The notes beneath the pieces were generated by a model. The model ran no database searches and was not told where the DNA came from. It saw only the letters and a list, made by a program, of their open reading frames with translations. Both the position numbers and the translations under genes were made by a program. This document shows, piece by piece, positions 46,356 through 48,857 of a DNA stretch of 48,857 nt (the first letter of the stretch is position 1; every line of letters begins with the position of its first letter). The DNA is taken from sequence record SRR20825010_1258, one strand, 5' to 3'.

Positions 46356-48235
46356 GGCGCATCCTCGTTCTTGACGACGCCACTTTCCTGCAAAGCCTGT
46401 GTCAACGCCTCGCGCTGACCCTGCACTTGTTCCAATGCGGCGTAGAGCCCATCACGTTCCAGCAATTCGTCATGTGTACCCATTTCGGCAACGCGCCCGG
46501 CATCCAGCACGATAATCCGGTCTGCATGTCGAGCGGTGGAGACACGGTGCGACACCAATATGGTGGTGCGCCCCGCGCGCAGCTTTTTAAGGCGCGAGAG
46601 AATGAACTCTTCGGTTTCAGTGTCTACCGACGAGAAGCAATCATCCAGCAAGAGTACAGGTGTTTCGCGTATCAAGCCTCGTGCAAGGCTTGCGCGTTGT
46701 TTCTGGCCACCTGATAGGGTGACGCCGCGCTCGCCGACCTGTGTTTCCAGCCTGTCGGGAAAGCGTCGGATGGTGGTTTCAAGGTCGGCCGATTGTGCCG
46801 CCTCCCACACTTCTCCCTGCGTTCGCAAGGGATTGTCATATGAAATGTTGTGTCCCAGCCTCGCGGCAAAGAGGAAAGGGTCTTGAGGCACAAGGGTCAC
46901 TTGTCCGCGCACCTGCGTGAGTGGCAATAGACGAATATCGCGCCCATCGAGAAAAATGGTCCCGGGACTTGGGTCGAGCAGCCGGACCATCAGCCGCAGC
47001 AATGTCGATTTACCCGAGCCAACACGTCCCAGAACCGCAATCATCTCGCCGGGTTTGATATCTAGCGATACTTCTTTGAGCGCGGGCCACCCGGTTTCGT
47101 CTTGTTGCTCGCCACCATGTCCTTGATGCCGGTATGAAAGACCTTTGATGGTAATCGCACCGCCGATCTCATCCAGAGGTGCGGCGTCCGGCGCGTCACG
47201 GATTTCTGGAATGTGGTCGAGAATTTCGAATATGCGTGCCGCCGCCGAACCGCCTCGTTGGAACAAGGTCACCATCACGCCGCCTTCTTTGACAGGCGAA
47301 AGCATCATGCCGAGATAGAAAATGAAGGCCACAAATGTGCCAAGGCTGATCGTGCCGGCCATCACCTGCGCGCCGCCAAAACCGACAATCAACAATGTCG
47401 TGAACCCGGTAATCGCAAGCATCCACGCATTCAGTGCCGAATTGAGAAACATCAGTTTGTAATAGTCCGTTGCATAGCGGCTTGATGTATCTGTCAGGCG
47501 GCGAATTTCATGATCTTCCTGCGCATGGGTCTGGATCGTGCGAATACCGTTAAGGTTCTCCTGCACCTGAGCGGAAAGATCGGAAAATCCCTGCTGCACG
47601 ATTGTGGACTGATTGAAAATCCGGTTGGCCAGCACAAAACCGAAAATCCCGAAAAAGGGCAGGGCAGGCAGCAGGAGCAGCGTCAGCGACGCTGACTGGT
47701 TGAGCATGAAGATCACAGCGATAATGCCGGAAAACCCCAATACAAAGAGCAAGCGTGTTCCAAGCCCGATCATCTGGCGGATCAGCGTGATATCATTGAT
47801 CGCGCGGGCCATCAGATCGCCGGTCGTAAATCCGGAAAAGAACTTAGGCCCCATCAGTTCAAGGTGCCAGTAGAGGCGCTGGCGTAGCTCGAAGGCCACT
47901 TCGACACCAACTTCACGCACAAAGCGGCGTCCGAAGCTGAAGGCGAAATAGCGCAGAACCATCAATCCGAGAATGGCAAGCGCCGGTTCCGCCAACCGCA
48001 TGTCACCCGCTCCGATACGATCAATACCCATCTTGAGAAAAAGCGGCATCACCGCTTCCAACAAGCGCCCGCTATTGATCAGGCCCATCCCGCCCCAAAA
48101 ACGCCAGCCATGGCGCTGCACAATCGGCACCAGCCTCCACAACGGATGTTTTGACTTTGTATCTTCAAGAGGCTCTGCGCGCGCGATATCCATGGGGATC
48201 AGACCGGCTTGGCGACGCTCATTGAGTGCGCACAC
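46352..48235 (-). CDS. ABC exporter half-transporter (MdlA-like)
   Basis: TGDLMAR, GRVGSGKST, LSGGQKQR, LLDDCFSSVD, VSHR. ATGA overlap with its partner. Start may be 48193. Confidence 0.93.
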   Translation of the reverse strand: MCALNERRQAGLIPMDIARAEPLEDTKSKHPLWRLVPIVQRHGWRFWGGMGLINSGRLLEAVMPLFLKMGIDRIGAGDMRLAEPALAILGLMVLRYFAFSFGRRFVREVGVEVAFELRQRLYWHLELMGPKFFSGFTTGDLMARAINDITLIRQMIGLGTRLLFVLGFSGIIAVIFMLNQSASLTLLLLPALPFFGIFGFVLANRIFNQSTIVQQGFSDLSAQVQENLNGIRTIQTHAQEDHEIRRLTDTSSRYATDYYKLMFLNSALNAWMLAITGFTTLLIVGFGGAQVMAGTISLGTFVAFIFYLGMMLSPVKEGGVMVTLFQRGGSAAARIFEILDHIPEIRDAPDAAPLDEIGGAITIKGLSYRHQGHGGEQQDETGWPALKEVSLDIKPGEMIAVLGRVGSGKSTLLRLMVRLLDPSPGTIFLDGRDIRLLPLTQVRGQVTLVPQDPFLFAARLGHNISYDNPLRTQGEVWEAAQSADLETTIRRFPDRLETQVGERGVTLSGGQKQRASLARGLIRETPVLLLDDCFSSVDTETEEFILSRLKKLRAGRTTILVSHRVSTARHADRIIVLDAGRVAEMGTHDELLERDGLYAALEQVQGQREALTQALQESGVVKNEDAP

Positions 48236-48381
48236 AACCGGTTCCAGTCCGCTCTCACCTTGAAAAGGAGGGGCGGCGTGTCCGGCTTTTTGAAACGGAT
48301 ACCACGACTATACGCGCCTCAATGTGATTCGGAAGGGAGCCGTCATTTTTTGTGACATCTCCACTTTCAGTCATATCCCAA

Positions 48382-48410
48382 CTGCCATCAAAACGTCACG
48401 GCACCGTCAT
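48382..48410 (+). promoter_or_regulatory. Pho box (PhoB site) upstream of btaA
   Basis: Three heptamers at 11-bp period: CTGCCAT-caaa-ACGTCAC-ggca-CCGTCAT (consensus CTGTCAT). btaAB is a known PhoB target in rhizobia. Confidence 0.72.
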
Positions 48411-48512
48411 CTGCCCGCGTTACCTCACGGTGAGACAGGAGGCGATATGTACGGATGATCTCCGTCCGGTGTCGTTTCCGCAAAACCCGCATTTGCAAGG
48501 GACATCCTGCCC

Positions 48513-48857
48513 GTGAACATCCCCGTGGACCTTCAATCCTCACGACAAGCCTCGAAATTCAACGATGCCGAAGCTCTTGTCTCCTACAAGCCGCGAAATA
48601 CCCGTCTCAAAGAAGCAGTGCATCAATACAAGGCCGTCTCTCGCGCGGGTCTTCTGGAACGTGCATTCACGTGGGTATTTTCGGGGTTGGTCTATCCCCA
48701 GATTTGGGAAGATCCGATCATCGACTTGGAAGCAATGGAGCTGACACCCGATTGCCACGTCGTTGCCATCGCCTCAGGCGGTTGCAACGTCATGTCCTAT
48801 CTCGCACACGGACCGGCAAAAATCACCGCGGTCGATCTTAATGCAGCGCATGTGGCC
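48513..48857 (+). CDS. btaA: BtaA (DUF3419) SAM:diacylglycerol 3-amino-3-carboxypropyl transferase, betaine lipid DGTS synthesis; 5' part, runs off window
   Basis: Own translation from GTG: ...LLERAFTWVFSGLVYPQIWEDPIIDLEAM...IASGGCNVMSYL...ITAVDLNAAHVA. Absent from the ORF track because no stop codon falls in the window. Confidence 0.9.
   Translation, partial: MNIPVDLQSSRQASKFNDAEALVSYKPRNTRLKEAVHQYKAVSRAGLLERAFTWVFSGLVYPQIWEDPIIDLEAMELTPDCHVVAIASGGCNVMSYLAHGPAKITAVDLNAAHVA

Noticed and set aside
48455-48841. 128-aa plus-strand ORF
   Set aside because: Out-of-frame overlap with the clearly recognisable btaA frame starting at 48513.
1-48857. CRISPR array, rRNA, long tandem repeats or phase-variable simple-sequence tracts
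   Set aside because: None seen. The longest homopolymers noticed (T9 near 17281, A8 near 16320) are in frame within intact genes and encode Lys or Phe runs.

Overview
This is probably an alphaproteobacterial chromosome segment, judging from a btaA gene preceded by a Pho box and from CtrA-type boxes. The left end has divergent tRNA-Pro(CGG, truncated by the window) and tRNA-Gln(TTG) genes with back-to-back sigma70-like promoters. These are followed by a frameshifted ureG remnant, a wing-domain Lys/Arg/Orn decarboxylase and an enoyl-CoA hydratase. About 40 kb (4242-44499) is one mosaic, lower-GC surface-glycan locus with five parts. (i) A 16-gene sugar-nucleotide block: split transketolase, GmhA-like isomerase, reversed-domain HldE, GmhB, HddC-like nucleotidyltransferase, atypical dehydratase, C-methyltransferase, cupin, and a kinase/HAD pair. 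(ii) pglC/D/E-like initiation genes. (iii) NeuB, NeuA, an SDR and a second, full-length transketolase, with no NeuC/Leg/Pse precursor genes in the window. (iv) Wzm/Wzt export followed by a sulfotransferase. (v) Two paralogous KpsS/GT107-like transferases sharing a C-x6-C-x23-C-x2-C motif, three GT2s, GT4s, an acyltransferase and further methyltransferases (five in the locus). The right end returns to higher GC, with a heterodimeric ABC exporter and the 5' part of btaA. The strongest novelty candidates are a transketolase-dependent higher-carbon or branched sugar pathway, a possibly new ulosonic acid with its own Cys4 transferases, and a symmetric double CtrA box in front of the locus. All functional calls come from motif recognition by eye; no database search was run.
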